A stretch of DNA of 57,474 bases from Desulfobacteria bacterium. GTDB taxonomy: Bacteria; Desulfobacterota; Desulfobacteria; Desulfobacterales; C00003060. Under the pieces are notes generated by a model. It saw nothing but the letters and a program-made list of their open reading frames with translations. It made no database searches and was not told where the DNA came from. Both the position numbers and the translations under genes were made by a program. How positions within the stretch are numbered: the stretch's first letter is position 1; each line of letters starts with the position of its first letter. The stretch covers positions 1 through 57,474 of the forward strand of contig JAQYVR010000249.1 of NCBI GenBank assembly GCA_030145395.1, in the 5' to 3' direction. Shown one piece after another: positions 45,017 through 54,282 of the stretch.

Positions 45017-46375
45017 TTATGGCTGTCCTTTCTTCCTCCCCTGATGCATCGACGCCTTAAGTTTGCGCCATTTCATAAGCTTGTCCTTGATAATTTTCTC
45101 ATAGCCTCTGTTTGTGGGCTCATAGTATACTTGATCCTTAAGCTCTTCAGGCAGGTACTCCTGTGGCACGTAAGCGTCTTGAAAATCATGCGCATACTTG
45201 TAATCTTTGCCGTAGCCCAGCTCTTCCATTAATCTGGTTGGTGCATTTCGAATGTGGAGGGGCGCCGGAAGAGTGCCGGTCTGGCTGATAGTCTGCTTTA
45301 CCTTGCCGTAGCCCGCATACAGAGAATTACTCTTTGGGGCCGTGGCAAGATAAACAGCCGCCTGGGCCAGTGCCAGATCCCCCTCTGGTAGTCCCACAAA
45401 TTGAAAGGCTTGCATAGCAGAAACAGCCACAGAGAGTGCTCTGGGATCGGCATTGCCGACGTCTTCTGAGGCAAACCTGACCATACGCCGTGCCACATAA
45501 AGTGGGTCCTCGCCAGCAGTCAGCATGCGGCCAAGCCAATAGAGGGCAGCATCAGGATCACTCCCCCGCAGGCTCTTGTGAAAGGCCGAGATGAGATTGT
45601 AATGCTCTTCACCGTCCTTGTCGTACTGGAGGGCCTTCTTTTGAAGAGCAGACTCTGCCACAGCACGTGTAATCTTCCTTTCTGTAACGTCCTTCTCCTG
45701 AACGAGAGATGCTGCCGCCTCCAAATCATTCAGAGCTGTCCGGGCATCCCCGTCGGCTGCCCAGATGATATGTGCCAGGGCATCCGGCTCAACCTGCATC
45801 GAGAGCGACCCGAGCCCCTTTTCCTTGTCGACTATGGCCCGTTTCAAGATGGTCGATAATTCCTCATCGGAAAATGGTTCAAGAACCATGACCCGAGCCC
45901 TTGACAGAAGCGGTGAAATTACTTCAAAGGAGGGATTCTCAGTAGTTGCACCAATGAGTGTAATCAGGCCATTTTCCACGTGTGGAAGGAATGCATCCTG
46001 CTGGGCCTTATTGAACCGATGAATCTCGTCAACAAACAGGAGAGTCTTTTTCTGATGGTACCGACGTTGCGCCTCGGCTTCATCAACAACCGCTCTGATC
46101 TCTTTGACCCCCGAAAGCACAGCAGAGAATGTCTCAAAGTGAGACTTTGTCTCACTTGCCATAATACGAGCCAAAGTTGTCTTACCCGAACCCGGCGGCC
46201 CCCAGACAATCACCGAAAAGAGTCTATCCTCTTCTATCGCCCGATGCAGTAAACTCCCCTTTCCGAGGAGACGGGTCTGACCTACAAAGTCGGCAAGCGT
46301 TTTCGGCCGCATCCTGTCTGCCAGCGGACCCACAACCCCTTCCGTCTCTTTTCCACTTTGATTGAATAGATCCAT
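45017..46375 (-). CDS. rarA: Replication-associated recombination protein A (MgsA/RarA)
   Basis: Walker A GPPGSGKTT, FVDEIHRFNK, and the C-terminal MgsA region with DPDAALYWLGRM. Confidence 0.92.
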   Translation of the reverse strand: MDLFNQSGKETEGVVGPLADRMRPKTLADFVGQTRLLGKGSLLHRAIEEDRLFSVIVWGPPGSGKTTLARIMASETKSHFETFSAVLSGVKEIRAVVDEAEAQRRYHQKKTLLFVDEIHRFNKAQQDAFLPHVENGLITLIGATTENPSFEVISPLLSRARVMVLEPFSDEELSTILKRAIVDKEKGLGSLSMQVEPDALAHIIWAADGDARTALNDLEAAASLVQEKDVTERKITRAVAESALQKKALQYDKDGEEHYNLISAFHKSLRGSDPDAALYWLGRMLTAGEDPLYVARRMVRFASEDVGNADPRALSVAVSAMQAFQFVGLPEGDLALAQAAVYLATAPKSNSLYAGYGKVKQTISQTGTLPAPLHIRNAPTRLMEELGYGKDYKYAHDFQDAYVPQEYLPEELKDQVYYEPTNRGYEKIIKDKLMKWRKLKASMHQGRKKGQP

Positions 46376-46394
46376 TGCTACAGTCTTCTATGAG

Positions 46395-46570
46395 CCATCT
46401 CAAGAAACCGTCTGAGATCCGAGTTGTAGCGCTCCAGTTGCGCCTCACGGCTTGCAAAGAGGCACTGCGTGAGTGATTTAGCAGAACGAAGCTGACGTCC
46501 CGAAAATGGTCACGGAGCAAGGAAAATGGCTTGATGGTGAAGCCGTATTTTTTGAACAAACCTCTGAGAC
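46395..46570. mobile_element. MITE-like element, copy M5 (left end eroded)
   Basis: GTTGTAGCGCTCCAGTTGCGCCTCACGGCTTGCAAAGAGGCACTGCGTGAGTGATTTAGC matches the M3 core. The right end is TTTTTGAACAAACCTCTGAGAC. Confidence 0.45.
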
Positions 46571-46661
46571 ACAACCATAGAAATACATTTCATAACGTCA
46601 AACAACAGTAAAAACGTTTCCCCCAAACGACAAGGCTTTGAAAGAATAGCAGTTGGACATT

Positions 46662-47975
46662 TCACTTCTTTTCTCGCTTTCGAAAAATTATCCGCACGGG
46701 TGTATGGTCCAGCCCAAGGGCTTCTCGAAGCTCGTTTATCACGTATCGTTTATAGGAGAAATGAATGGCGTCCGGCTGGTTTACAAAGCAAACAAACGTT
46801 GGCGGGGCCGCAACCACCTGTGTGGCATAGTAGAACCTGATTAACCGCCCTCGATAGTAAGGAGGTTGGTGCTTTTTGATGATAGCTTCAAAGACTCTAT
46901 TTAGCTGTCCCGTGCCGACGCGTGTCGTGAACTGCTCGTACACTGTCTCCACCCAGTCGAAGACCTTAAACACCCGTTGCCCGGTGAGGGCCGAAACGGT
47001 CAACACTGGAGCAAACCTCAGAAACTTCAGACTCTCCTTCACCCCATCCACATACCTTTTGGCCGTTGTAGTATCCTTTTCAACCAAATCCCATTTGTTC
47101 AACAGCACAATACAGGCCCGGCCTCGTTCCACGGCATAGCTGGCTATGTTGGCATCCTGGTCTGTGACCCCTTCAGAGGCATCCGTCATGATCAGTGCAA
47201 TGTCGCATCGGTCAAGGCTTCTCAACGCCTTGATAATGGAAAACTTCTCCAACTTCTTCCGCACCCGGGCCTTTCTTCGGATACCGGCCATGTCAATCAA
47301 CAGATACTCTTTGCTGTTCACTGTGCAAACCGTGTCAATGGCATCCCGGGTAGTGCCTGGTATTTCACTCACTACCAGGCGCTCATCTCCGAGAAGGCGA
47401 TTTATCAAAGAGGATTTGCCTACGTTTGGGCGCCCTATTACAGCCAGTTTGATCCTGTCTGAAGGGGCTTCCGGCGCACTCCAAGGCAAGACAGCTATCA
47501 ACGCGTCCAGGAAGTCGTGCATACCATAGCCGTGTTCAGCAGAGACCGAATGGAGGGGATCAACTCCCAGGACGGCGAAGTCAGATAAAGACGATTCGTG
47601 TCTCGGCCCGTCGATCTTGTTGACGGCATAGAAAACAGGCTTGCTTGACTGACGAAGGTTTTGGACCAGATCTGTATCGATCGGTGTAACCCCTTGCCTC
47701 CCGTCGAAAAGCATGACTATGACGTCTGCTTCTTCTATGGCTTGCATCACCTGGTATGTGACCAAGGGCTTTAATTCTTCCGACTCAAAACCAGAAAAAC
47801 CCCCTGTGTCAACGACCGTGAAGGAAGTCTCATCCCATCGGACCTCACCGTAATTTCGGTCTCGGGTGACTCCGGGAAAGTCATCCACGAGGGCCTTGCG
47901 GGAACGAGTCATTCGGTTAAAGAGGGAAGACTTGCCCACATTGGGGCGTCCTACAATGGCAACAATTGGCTTCAT
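46662..47975 (-). CDS. der: Ribosome biogenesis GTPase Der (EngA)
   Basis: Two tandem GTPase domains (GRPNVGKSSL twice) and a KH-like C-terminus. Start taken at MKPIVAIVG. Confidence 0.92.
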   Translation of the reverse strand: MKPIVAIVGRPNVGKSSLFNRMTRSRKALVDDFPGVTRDRNYGEVRWDETSFTVVDTGGFSGFESEELKPLVTYQVMQAIEEADVIVMLFDGRQGVTPIDTDLVQNLRQSSKPVFYAVNKIDGPRHESSLSDFAVLGVDPLHSVSAEHGYGMHDFLDALIAVLPWSAPEAPSDRIKLAVIGRPNVGKSSLINRLLGDERLVVSEIPGTTRDAIDTVCTVNSKEYLLIDMAGIRRKARVRKKLEKFSIIKALRSLDRCDIALIMTDASEGVTDQDANIASYAVERGRACIVLLNKWDLVEKDTTTAKRYVDGVKESLKFLRFAPVLTVSALTGQRVFKVFDWVETVYEQFTTRVGTGQLNRVFEAIIKKHQPPYYRGRLIRFYYATQVVAAPPTFVCFVNQPDAIHFSYKRYVINELREALGLDHTPVRIIFRKREKK

Positions 47976-48122
47976 GTTAGAGCTGCGGGTTATACGGGTT
48001 CGAAGTAAGGTGAAAGCCCTATAGTGCAAACAGGACAAGAATTCTGTCCTTGAGATTTCAGATTGTACAGTATCTTAATTTCAATACGAGGGCAAGGTGA
48101 GGTTTAACAAAGGCAAAGGACG

Positions 48123-48380
48123 TCACTCAAGGCTTTTCCGCTTCTTCGCGGCCTCTATCATCTCGATCAAAGTCGTCACTTTATCCTTGGGCGGTCGATT
48201 GAAGCAGCTGTCCCACTCTGTCTCGGTGAGCTTCTCTTTGAGATAGGCCTCAACAGCAAAGTGTGGTTGCCAACAGGTGAGAATACGCGGGCAGGGGAGA
48301 TCACCTCCCTCTTTCTGGCAGTAGGCAAAGGTTACCTCCCCCCCCAGCCTTGGACATCTGATCTCTAAATGGTCATACAT
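48123..48380 (-). CDS. Hypothetical small Cys-containing protein (85 aa)
   Basis: ORF with a CPRLGG...C...CPRILTC arrangement. No family recognised. Confidence 0.45.
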   Translation of the reverse strand: MYDHLEIRCPRLGGEVTFAYCQKEGGDLPCPRILTCWQPHFAVEAYLKEKLTETEWDSCFNRPPKDKVTTLIEMIEAAKKRKSLE

Positions 48381-48444
48381 TGCAAAATGGTTGAGTCGCC
48401 TTCAATACAATCACTCAACTAATCGACTGTTCTCCAGACTATTT

Positions 48445-49806
48445 CTACGGTTTGGGCAGCCCCTCTATCAATTTAAGAGATTTTTGGATTTCTTCCTCCG
48501 GAAGTTCGTACTTCGTGAGCTTACCCGAAAGGAAGTCGTCATAAGCTGCAAGATCGACCAATCCGTGGCCACTCCAGTTGAACAGGATAACCTTCTCTTT
48601 TCCCTCTTCTTTTGCACGCTCGGCTTCCTGAACAACGGCTGCGATCGCGTGGTTGGTTTCCGGTGCAGAGATATAGCCTTCGGTCCGAGCCCATTTTATG
48701 CCAGCATCAAATGTTTCCATCTGATCGTACGCTCTGGCCTCAACGATCTGCTCCTTGACCACATGGCTGAGGATAGGTGCCATTCCATGATACCTGAGGC
48801 CACCGGCATGGATCGGCGCGGGTACAAAATCGTGGCCCAGGGTGTACATAGCCAACAGCGGCGTCGTCTGAGCCGTATCCCCGAAATCGTAAGCAAAAGG
48901 CCCTCGCGTCATGGTTGGACATGACGTGGGCTCGGCAGCCACGATGGAGATATCCTTGCCATGGATCTTGTCACGCACGAACGGAAGACATAGCCCGGCA
49001 AAATTGCTGCCCCCGCCCGCGCAACCTATGACAACATCCGGATATACGCCGATCTTTTCCAGCTGCTTCTGGCACTCCAAACCAATTATGGTTTGGTGCA
49101 ACAGGACATGATTTAGAACGCTCCCCAGGGAATAGCGAGCAGTTTCATCCATTACGGCATCTTCAATCGCTTCACTGATAGCTATGCCGAGACTACCAGG
49201 CGAATTCGGATCTTGAGCCAGGATCTTTTTCCCTGCTTCTGTCTTGTCGCTTGGGCTCGGAATGCAGTTGGCGCCCCACGTATTCATCATCAAACGCCGG
49301 TAGGGTTTTTGCTCATAACTGACCTTTACCATGAAAACCCTGCATTCAAGGCCAAACATCTGACACGCCATGCTCAGGGCACTTCCCCACTGGCCTGCTC
49401 CAGTTTCAGTAGAAAGCCTCTTTATTCCAAAAGCTTTGTTGTAATACGCTTGGGCGATCGCCGTGTTTGGCTTGTGGGATCCGGGAGGGCTCACCCCTTC
49501 ATTCTTGTAGTATATTTTAACAGGGGCATCCAACAACTTCTCGAAGCTTCTGGCCCGGTGAAGCGGCGTGGGTCTCCACAGCAGGTACTTCTCCAGGACC
49601 TCCTCAGGAATGTCAATCCACCGCTCAGTGCTTACCTCCTGCTCTATGAGATTCATCGGGAAAACCGGCGCCAGATCATCAGGGCCGACAGGTTGCCCGG
49701 TCCCCGGGTGCAGCGGTGGGCTCATTGGCGTGGGCAAATCAGCCACGATATTGTACCACTGTTTCGGCATTTCACTTTCGTCTAGGAATACCTTCACCTG
49801 GTCCAT
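48445..49806 (-). CDS. trpB: TrpB2-type tryptophan synthase beta chain (PLP-dependent)
   Basis: 453 aa. The long TrpB2 N-terminus is [22 protein letters not shown]. The KNEG..P.GSHKPN lysine region and the GGGSNFAG motif are present. A strong SD (aaggagg) lies upstream. Confidence 0.9.
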   Translation of the reverse strand: MDQVKVFLDESEMPKQWYNIVADLPTPMSPPLHPGTGQPVGPDDLAPVFPMNLIEQEVSTERWIDIPEEVLEKYLLWRPTPLHRARSFEKLLDAPVKIYYKNEGVSPPGSHKPNTAIAQAYYNKAFGIKRLSTETGAGQWGSALSMACQMFGLECRVFMVKVSYEQKPYRRLMMNTWGANCIPSPSDKTEAGKKILAQDPNSPGSLGIAISEAIEDAVMDETARYSLGSVLNHVLLHQTIIGLECQKQLEKIGVYPDVVIGCAGGGSNFAGLCLPFVRDKIHGKDISIVAAEPTSCPTMTRGPFAYDFGDTAQTTPLLAMYTLGHDFVPAPIHAGGLRYHGMAPILSHVVKEQIVEARAYDQMETFDAGIKWARTEGYISAPETNHAIAAVVQEAERAKEEGKEKVILFNWSGHGLVDLAAYDDFLSGKLTKYELPEEEIQKSLKLIEGLPKP

Positions 49807-49835
49807 AACATCTCCTCCTTATCAGGTTTTTTGAC

Positions 49836-49994
49836 CGGCTCGCTCCCCGCACACGAAGTGCTGCCGTAAGGCAGAACCCCCGTCCTTCAGGGCGGGGTCA
49901 AGGGGAGCTATACAAAAATGGCTATCTTCCTTACCGGGGCGCGAAGCACTGGCGCAAGCCAGAACCCCCGCCCTTCAGGGCGGGGAGGCTTCAC
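49836..49994. repeat. Two tandem two-hairpin REP-like elements (family A) inside the trpB2 5' leader
   Basis: 49836..49908 and 49933..49994. Each has a GAACCCCCG(Y)CCTTCAGGGCGGGG hairpin plus a second CTGCCGTAAGGCAG / CTGGCGCAAGCCAG hairpin. Confidence 0.65.
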
Positions 49995-50020
49995 AAAAAT
50001 AACAGTTCAGGGTGATCCTT

Positions 50021-50050
50021 AGAAAAAACGCCATGGGGGAAACCCATGGC
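50021..50050 (-). terminator. Intrinsic terminator (attenuator stem 3:4) upstream of trpB2
   Basis: The minus strand reads GCCAUGGG-UUUCC-CCCAUGGC followed by GUUUUUUCU. Confidence 0.7.
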
Positions 50051-50105
50051 ATTCTGTCTTGTGTTGAGAGCCATGGGAAGATTTTTCTTGCCCGCGGCTC
50101 ACCTT

Positions 50106-50195
50106 TCATTTCTCAGAATGGCATACCGGTGGGCAGGCTCCTTTGTCAGCCCACCACCACTCACACAAGGCTTTGTCCCCGCCGGCAAGAATCAT
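50106..50195 (-). CDS. Putative Trp leader peptide (29 aa, MILAGGDKALCEWWWADKGACPPVCHSEK)
   Basis: The ORF is below the ORF-track size cutoff. Three consecutive TGG codons lie at 50159..50151. It sits between a promoter-like TTGACA-17-TTATGT and the terminator, upstream of trpB2. The SD is weak. Confidence 0.6.
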   Translation of the reverse strand: MILAGGDKALCEWWWADKGACPPVCHSEK

Positions 50196-50339
50196 AACTA
50201 TCACTTATCGTTAGGTAATCTTTGATGTCACATAACAAAAAAGGTAAACACCTGTCAAGGCCAAAGTCATCGCCTTGCCAAGATGAAGATGGCATCTTTG
50301 CACAGAGACGACATTCCGCTGCATCAGCCCACTAAGCTT

Positions 50340-50594
50340 CTATGCAACTTTATAAACAGTATCGTTCTCTCGCACCCTATCTTTGACTTTAATCCCTATG
50401 AGATCTCCTGGTTTCGCCTCCTCGATGGACTCCATCTCGATCTGCATGCTAGTGATGGTCTCTTCAAAATCAGTCGTATGGCCCTTGAAGCGGAGTCTGT
50501 CCCCAACTCTAAGAACACCTGCCGTAACTTCGAGAGCCGCTACACTCGGTTTGGCAAAGAACTTTTGAACCCTCCCGACCTTTTCTTCTTCCAT
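50340..50594 (-). CDS. Small translation-elongation-factor-like (EF-Tu domain 2-like beta-barrel) protein
   Basis: 84 aa. GDRLRFKGHTTDFEETITSMQIEMESIEEAKPGDLIGIKV resembles the small EF-like beta-barrel protein family. Confidence 0.6.
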   Translation of the reverse strand: MEEEKVGRVQKFFAKPSVAALEVTAGVLRVGDRLRFKGHTTDFEETITSMQIEMESIEEAKPGDLIGIKVKDRVRENDTVYKVA

Positions 50595-50715
50595 TTCATG
50601 CCTCCCGGAGGTAGGTTAACATTTATGGCGTAATTTACATACACCGAACCCGTTTACAAAGCAACCGTGTTCTGGTAGAACACGCAAACTTCCTTAATAA
50701 TCGGAGGTATCCGCG

Positions 50716-52782
50716 TTGTCTTTCGGAACTGACAAGCCAAGCCTAAACAAATTCAAGAACTGCCTGTATCTGCTTATCGTGGGTCTTCTTATCCTCTTGG
50801 CATGTGCACCGGCACGCCGCCCGACCCCCCGGAAGCTGCCCATGTCGCCTGAGCTGACCCAGGCTTTGGACAGATTAGAAAAGGCAGACCATCTCTTTCA
50901 GAAGAACGCTTACCCAGAAGCGCTTGCCATCTATCAAAATCATCTAAAAGAGTTTCCAAGCAGTCCTCTGGCAGACACCGCCTTGATGAAAACCGGCACG
51001 GTTCACATAGCCATGGGAGACTACGGAGAAGCCAGAAAAGTATTTCACCGTCTGATCCGGCAGCATCCGAAAAGCCTACTTGTAGAAGATGCTAGATTCA
51101 ATGTCATACTAGCTTATCATAAGGAGGCAAATTATCGCGCCGCCGTCAACTATGCAAACTCAGTCTTGCGGTCTGCAAAAACGTCTCGCCAAAGGTCCCG
51201 CATCCACAATCTTATGGGATACAGCTATTCCGCTAGTGGGCAGTTTGAAGAAGGCATTAAGAGTTATATGAATGCCTATCGACTGGCCAAGTCTCAGGAA
51301 CGTGAAGAAATCCTAAGTAAAGTGAAGGAGGTTATCGCCTATCTGGAAGAACCAGAATTGAATTCGCTGCTTGGTGTGTATACAGACGGGATACTGGGGG
51401 GCTACTTGCGTCTTCAACTAGCTCGAGTGTATGCGTTGGAAGATCGCATTGAGCTGGCCATGAAGGTCCTGTCCGATTTTACTACCCGATTCCCGCACCA
51501 CGATGAATTTGAAACGGCCGCGGCCCTTATGGAGGAATTAAAGTCAGGTCCTCTGGTCGATACTTTCTCGATCGGCTGCATACTGCCACTAACCGGGTCT
51601 TATGGGACCTTTGGGAACCGAGCCCTTCTGGGCATCGAGCTTGCCCTGGATCAATTCAACACACGAACCGATGCCAACCCGATTCAATTGCTTATAAGGG
51701 ATTCTAAAGGGGACCCCAACGAAGCAGCCAGGGCTGTTGAGGACCTGGCTTTCAGGGATCGCGTAATAGGTATTATCGGGCCGATGATCACATCAGAGTC
51801 AGCCGCCGTCAGGGCTCAAGCCCTTAAGGTCCCCATAATAACGCTTACCCAGAAGCCGGATATTACTAAATTGGGAGACTGTGTTTTTCGAAACTTTCTG
51901 ACTTTCTCCTTGCAAGCAAAAGCGATCGCGGCTTATGCCGTCCAGGAACTGGGAATCAAGAAATTTGCCATCCTCTACCCTGAGGAACGGTATGGCATTT
52001 CCTTCATGAACAGATTCTGGGATGAGTTGATCGTCCATGATGCTAAGATAGTAGGCATTGAATCGTATGGCACGGACCAGACCGATTTTGCCGATGCTGT
52101 CAACAAATTAGTAGGTATGTACTATCCAAGACCTGAAGTACCCGAGGATGAAGAAGGCCTTGACGATCTGTCAGCCGCAGCAAGGGCTGAGTACCTCCTG
52201 ACAGATGTTCCGGGAGCTGCGGCGCCTCAGCCAGATACGATAGAATCCCTTTCACCCCTGGGTACAACCACACCGCCGGAAGAAGAGGAGAAAGAACCCA
52301 AGCCGATCGTTGATTTTGGAGCCGTCTTTATCCCGGACACTTTTGAGAAGGCCGGTCTTATTGCACCCCAGTTTCCGTATTATGACGTGGGTAATGTCCT
52401 TCTGCTCGGTACCAATCTGTGGCATTCGGACAAACTGATTCAAACGGCCCGACGCTATGTGCAAGGTGCAATTGTGCCCGATGGTTTTTTCCTGGAGAGT
52501 CCCTCACCCGCCGTCCAGGATTTTGTCATGAGGTTTGAGAAGATCTTCGGCAGCTCTCCGGGATTCTTGGAAGCCCAAGCCTTTGATGCGGCTTCTATTA
52601 TTTTTCAACTGACCAACCACCCCGACGTCCGGTCCAGGCGCACCATGAAGGAGGCTCTCCTGGGAGTCAAAGATTTTCCCGGAATGACCGGCCTCACCTC
52701 GTTTGACGAAACCGGGGATGTGGACAAACAGATATACCTTCTCAAGATAAAAGGACGCCGGTTTGTACAGATAAGACCCTAA
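50716..52782 (+). CDS. Lipoprotein-like TPR + type 1 periplasmic-binding-fold (LpoA / Leu-Ile-Val-binding-like) protein
   Basis: 688 aa, TTG start and a signal/lipobox-like LILLAC. N-terminal TPR units are followed by a PBP1 domain (IGCILPLTGSYGTFG). Confidence 0.65.
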   Translation: MSFGTDKPSLNKFKNCLYLLIVGLLILLACAPARRPTPRKLPMSPELTQALDRLEKADHLFQKNAYPEALAIYQNHLKEFPSSPLADTALMKTGTVHIAMGDYGEARKVFHRLIRQHPKSLLVEDARFNVILAYHKEANYRAAVNYANSVLRSAKTSRQRSRIHNLMGYSYSASGQFEEGIKSYMNAYRLAKSQEREEILSKVKEVIAYLEEPELNSLLGVYTDGILGGYLRLQLARVYALEDRIELAMKVLSDFTTRFPHHDEFETAAALMEELKSGPLVDTFSIGCILPLTGSYGTFGNRALLGIELALDQFNTRTDANPIQLLIRDSKGDPNEAARAVEDLAFRDRVIGIIGPMITSESAAVRAQALKVPIITLTQKPDITKLGDCVFRNFLTFSLQAKAIAAYAVQELGIKKFAILYPEERYGISFMNRFWDELIVHDAKIVGIESYGTDQTDFADAVNKLVGMYYPRPEVPEDEEGLDDLSAAARAEYLLTDVPGAAAPQPDTIESLSPLGTTTPPEEEEKEPKPIVDFGAVFIPDTFEKAGLIAPQFPYYDVGNVLLLGTNLWHSDKLIQTARRYVQGAIVPDGFFLESPSPAVQDFVMRFEKIFGSSPGFLEAQAFDAASIIFQLTNHPDVRSRRTMKEALLGVKDFPGMTGLTSFDETGDVDKQIYLLKIKGRRFVQIRP

Positions 52783-52983
52783 TTTCAGTATGGTTCAACT
52801 CTTCTTCACTTTGTCTGCGCTTAATTAGTGCCTATCCATAAATAACGTAACAAGTGTTCGGCATGGGGTAAGACTGTGAGCTTTGTATATGCAGCGTACA
52901 TCGGACTGACCTGCAGCTTGTTTGTCTCCTGCCTTCTCCCTTTCTGAATATATACTCGCCTGAGCGGGCGTTACAAAAAGGGT

Positions 52984-54189
52984 TTGGGAGAACGTCTGGG
53001 ATTTGTTCCCCTCTCCCTCACAAAACGTCTTTCCGGATCGCCCCGTATATGGATACACGCGGTATCCCTCGGCGAGGTCAAGGTAGCGGCTCCGCTCGTA
53101 AAGGCGCTCAAGAAGATCATGCCGGACTGCTCTGTCATAATCTCAACCACCACCGAACATGGCCGCGACCTTGCCATGGAGACCTTTGGAGAGGAGACTC
53201 CCGTGGTGTATGCGCCGGTGGACTTCATAGGTTCAGTGCGCAAGGCACTTTCCCGGGTGCGTCCGGACGTTTTCGTTTTACTTGAAACGGAAATCTGGCC
53301 CACGTGGATCGCTGAAGCACGGCGGATGGGGATCAAGATCGCCCTGATTAATGGCCGAATCTCGGGAAGATCTATTAGCAGTTATTTCGGGCTCCGACCT
53401 CTCTTCCGAGAAGTCCTAAAGAATATCGATGCCTTTAGCATGATTTTGGAAAAAGATGCGGCTCGGATCCGCGATATGGGAGCGGATCCGAGCAAAATTG
53501 AGATACACTGGAATGCCAAATATGATCTGCTGGCAAGCTCTGCAAATCCTGCCATGGAAGAAAAAATGCGGCAGCTCTTGAATCTTGACTCGTCCCACAC
53601 AGTGTTTGTTGCAGGCAGCACCAGGCGGGAGGAAGAAGCAATGGTCCTTTCTGCCTACGAGCAAATCCTGGCAAAATTCCCCAACACGATTCTGATCATT
53701 GCCCCGAGGCACATTGAGCGAACGCCCGATATTGGATCCATGATAGAGAGACGAGGCTTTACCTATCACCTTCGAGACGAACTTGGCATCGCAGGAACAA
53801 GACGCACCAAGCCTGTCGTAATCATGAATACATTTGGAGAACTATTTCAGCTTTACAGTGTGGGAACCATCGTCTTTTGTGGGGGGAGTCTTGTGCCGCT
53901 GGGCGGACAGAATCCTTTGGAAGCAGCAGTTTGGGGGAAAGTAGTCTTTTACGGCCCCTCCATGGAAGACTTCCTGGATGCCAAGACCCTGCTGGAAGGG
54001 GTGGGGGCGGGTGTGCCGGCTTCCGGCCCGGAAGCGTTGGCCGAAAAGGCGATCTGGTTTCTCAGCCATCCGGATGCTTTGAAGACAAACGGGACGCGAG
54101 CCCGGGAAGCTGTTATCAGGAACCAGCACGCGGCTGAAAGACATGCCGGGGTCATCGCAAGCCTGCTCCCCGAAACGTCACCCCCTTAA
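52984..54189 (+). CDS. waaA: 3-deoxy-D-manno-octulosonic acid transferase (WaaA/KdtA); the conserved N-terminus is cut off by an in-frame TGA at 52945..52947
   Basis: GERLGF...RIWIHAVSLGEVKVAAPLVKALKK and the C-terminal GGSLVPLGGQNPLEAA motif. The upstream in-frame segment 52876..52944 encodes the expected hydrophobic anchor. Confidence 0.85.
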   Translation: MGERLGFVPLSLTKRLSGSPRIWIHAVSLGEVKVAAPLVKALKKIMPDCSVIISTTTEHGRDLAMETFGEETPVVYAPVDFIGSVRKALSRVRPDVFVLLETEIWPTWIAEARRMGIKIALINGRISGRSISSYFGLRPLFREVLKNIDAFSMILEKDAARIRDMGADPSKIEIHWNAKYDLLASSANPAMEEKMRQLLNLDSSHTVFVAGSTRREEEAMVLSAYEQILAKFPNTILIIAPRHIERTPDIGSMIERRGFTYHLRDELGIAGTRRTKPVVIMNTFGELFQLYSVGTIVFCGGSLVPLGGQNPLEAAVWGKVVFYGPSMEDFLDAKTLLEGVGAGVPASGPEALAEKAIWFLSHPDALKTNGTRAREAVIRNQHAAERHAGVIASLLPETSPP

Positions 54190-54282
54190 TGATGTGTGAA
54201 TGGGATCTTGAACCGCCTAATTTCAGGATTCGCCAATAGGGTGTGATCCTTTTTGCCCGTATGGCTCCTACTATTCAGTTAT

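Noticed and set aside
49836-49994. CRISPR array (repeated GC-rich palindromes here and at 5243, 19209, 44665, 54901)
   Set aside because: The copies are dispersed or occur as a single tandem pair. There is no regular repeat-spacer periodicity and no cas genes. The elements contain two different hairpins, typical of REP-like repeats.
50012-50197. Listed 61-aa plus-strand ORF (MILRKNAMGETHG...) between trpB2 and the EF-like gene
   Set aside because: It has no SD and no recognisable family. It is exactly antisense to the leader-peptide/terminator structure, and the hairpin and W-run on the minus strand explain the region better.
50021-50225. T-box riboswitch as an alternative explanation for the trpB2 leader
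   Set aside because: I could not find the conserved T-box sequence (AANNNGGGUGGNACCGCG-like) or a specifier-loop architecture. The GGUGGUGGG run is the Trp codons of a translatable ORF.
52945-52975. Selenocysteine (SECIS-directed) decoding of the in-frame TGA in waaA
   Set aside because: Only a 4-bp CGCC/GGCG mini-hairpin follows the TGA, with no extended SECIS-like stem-loop. A Sec residue in a membrane-anchor helix of a glycosyltransferase has no precedent that I know of.
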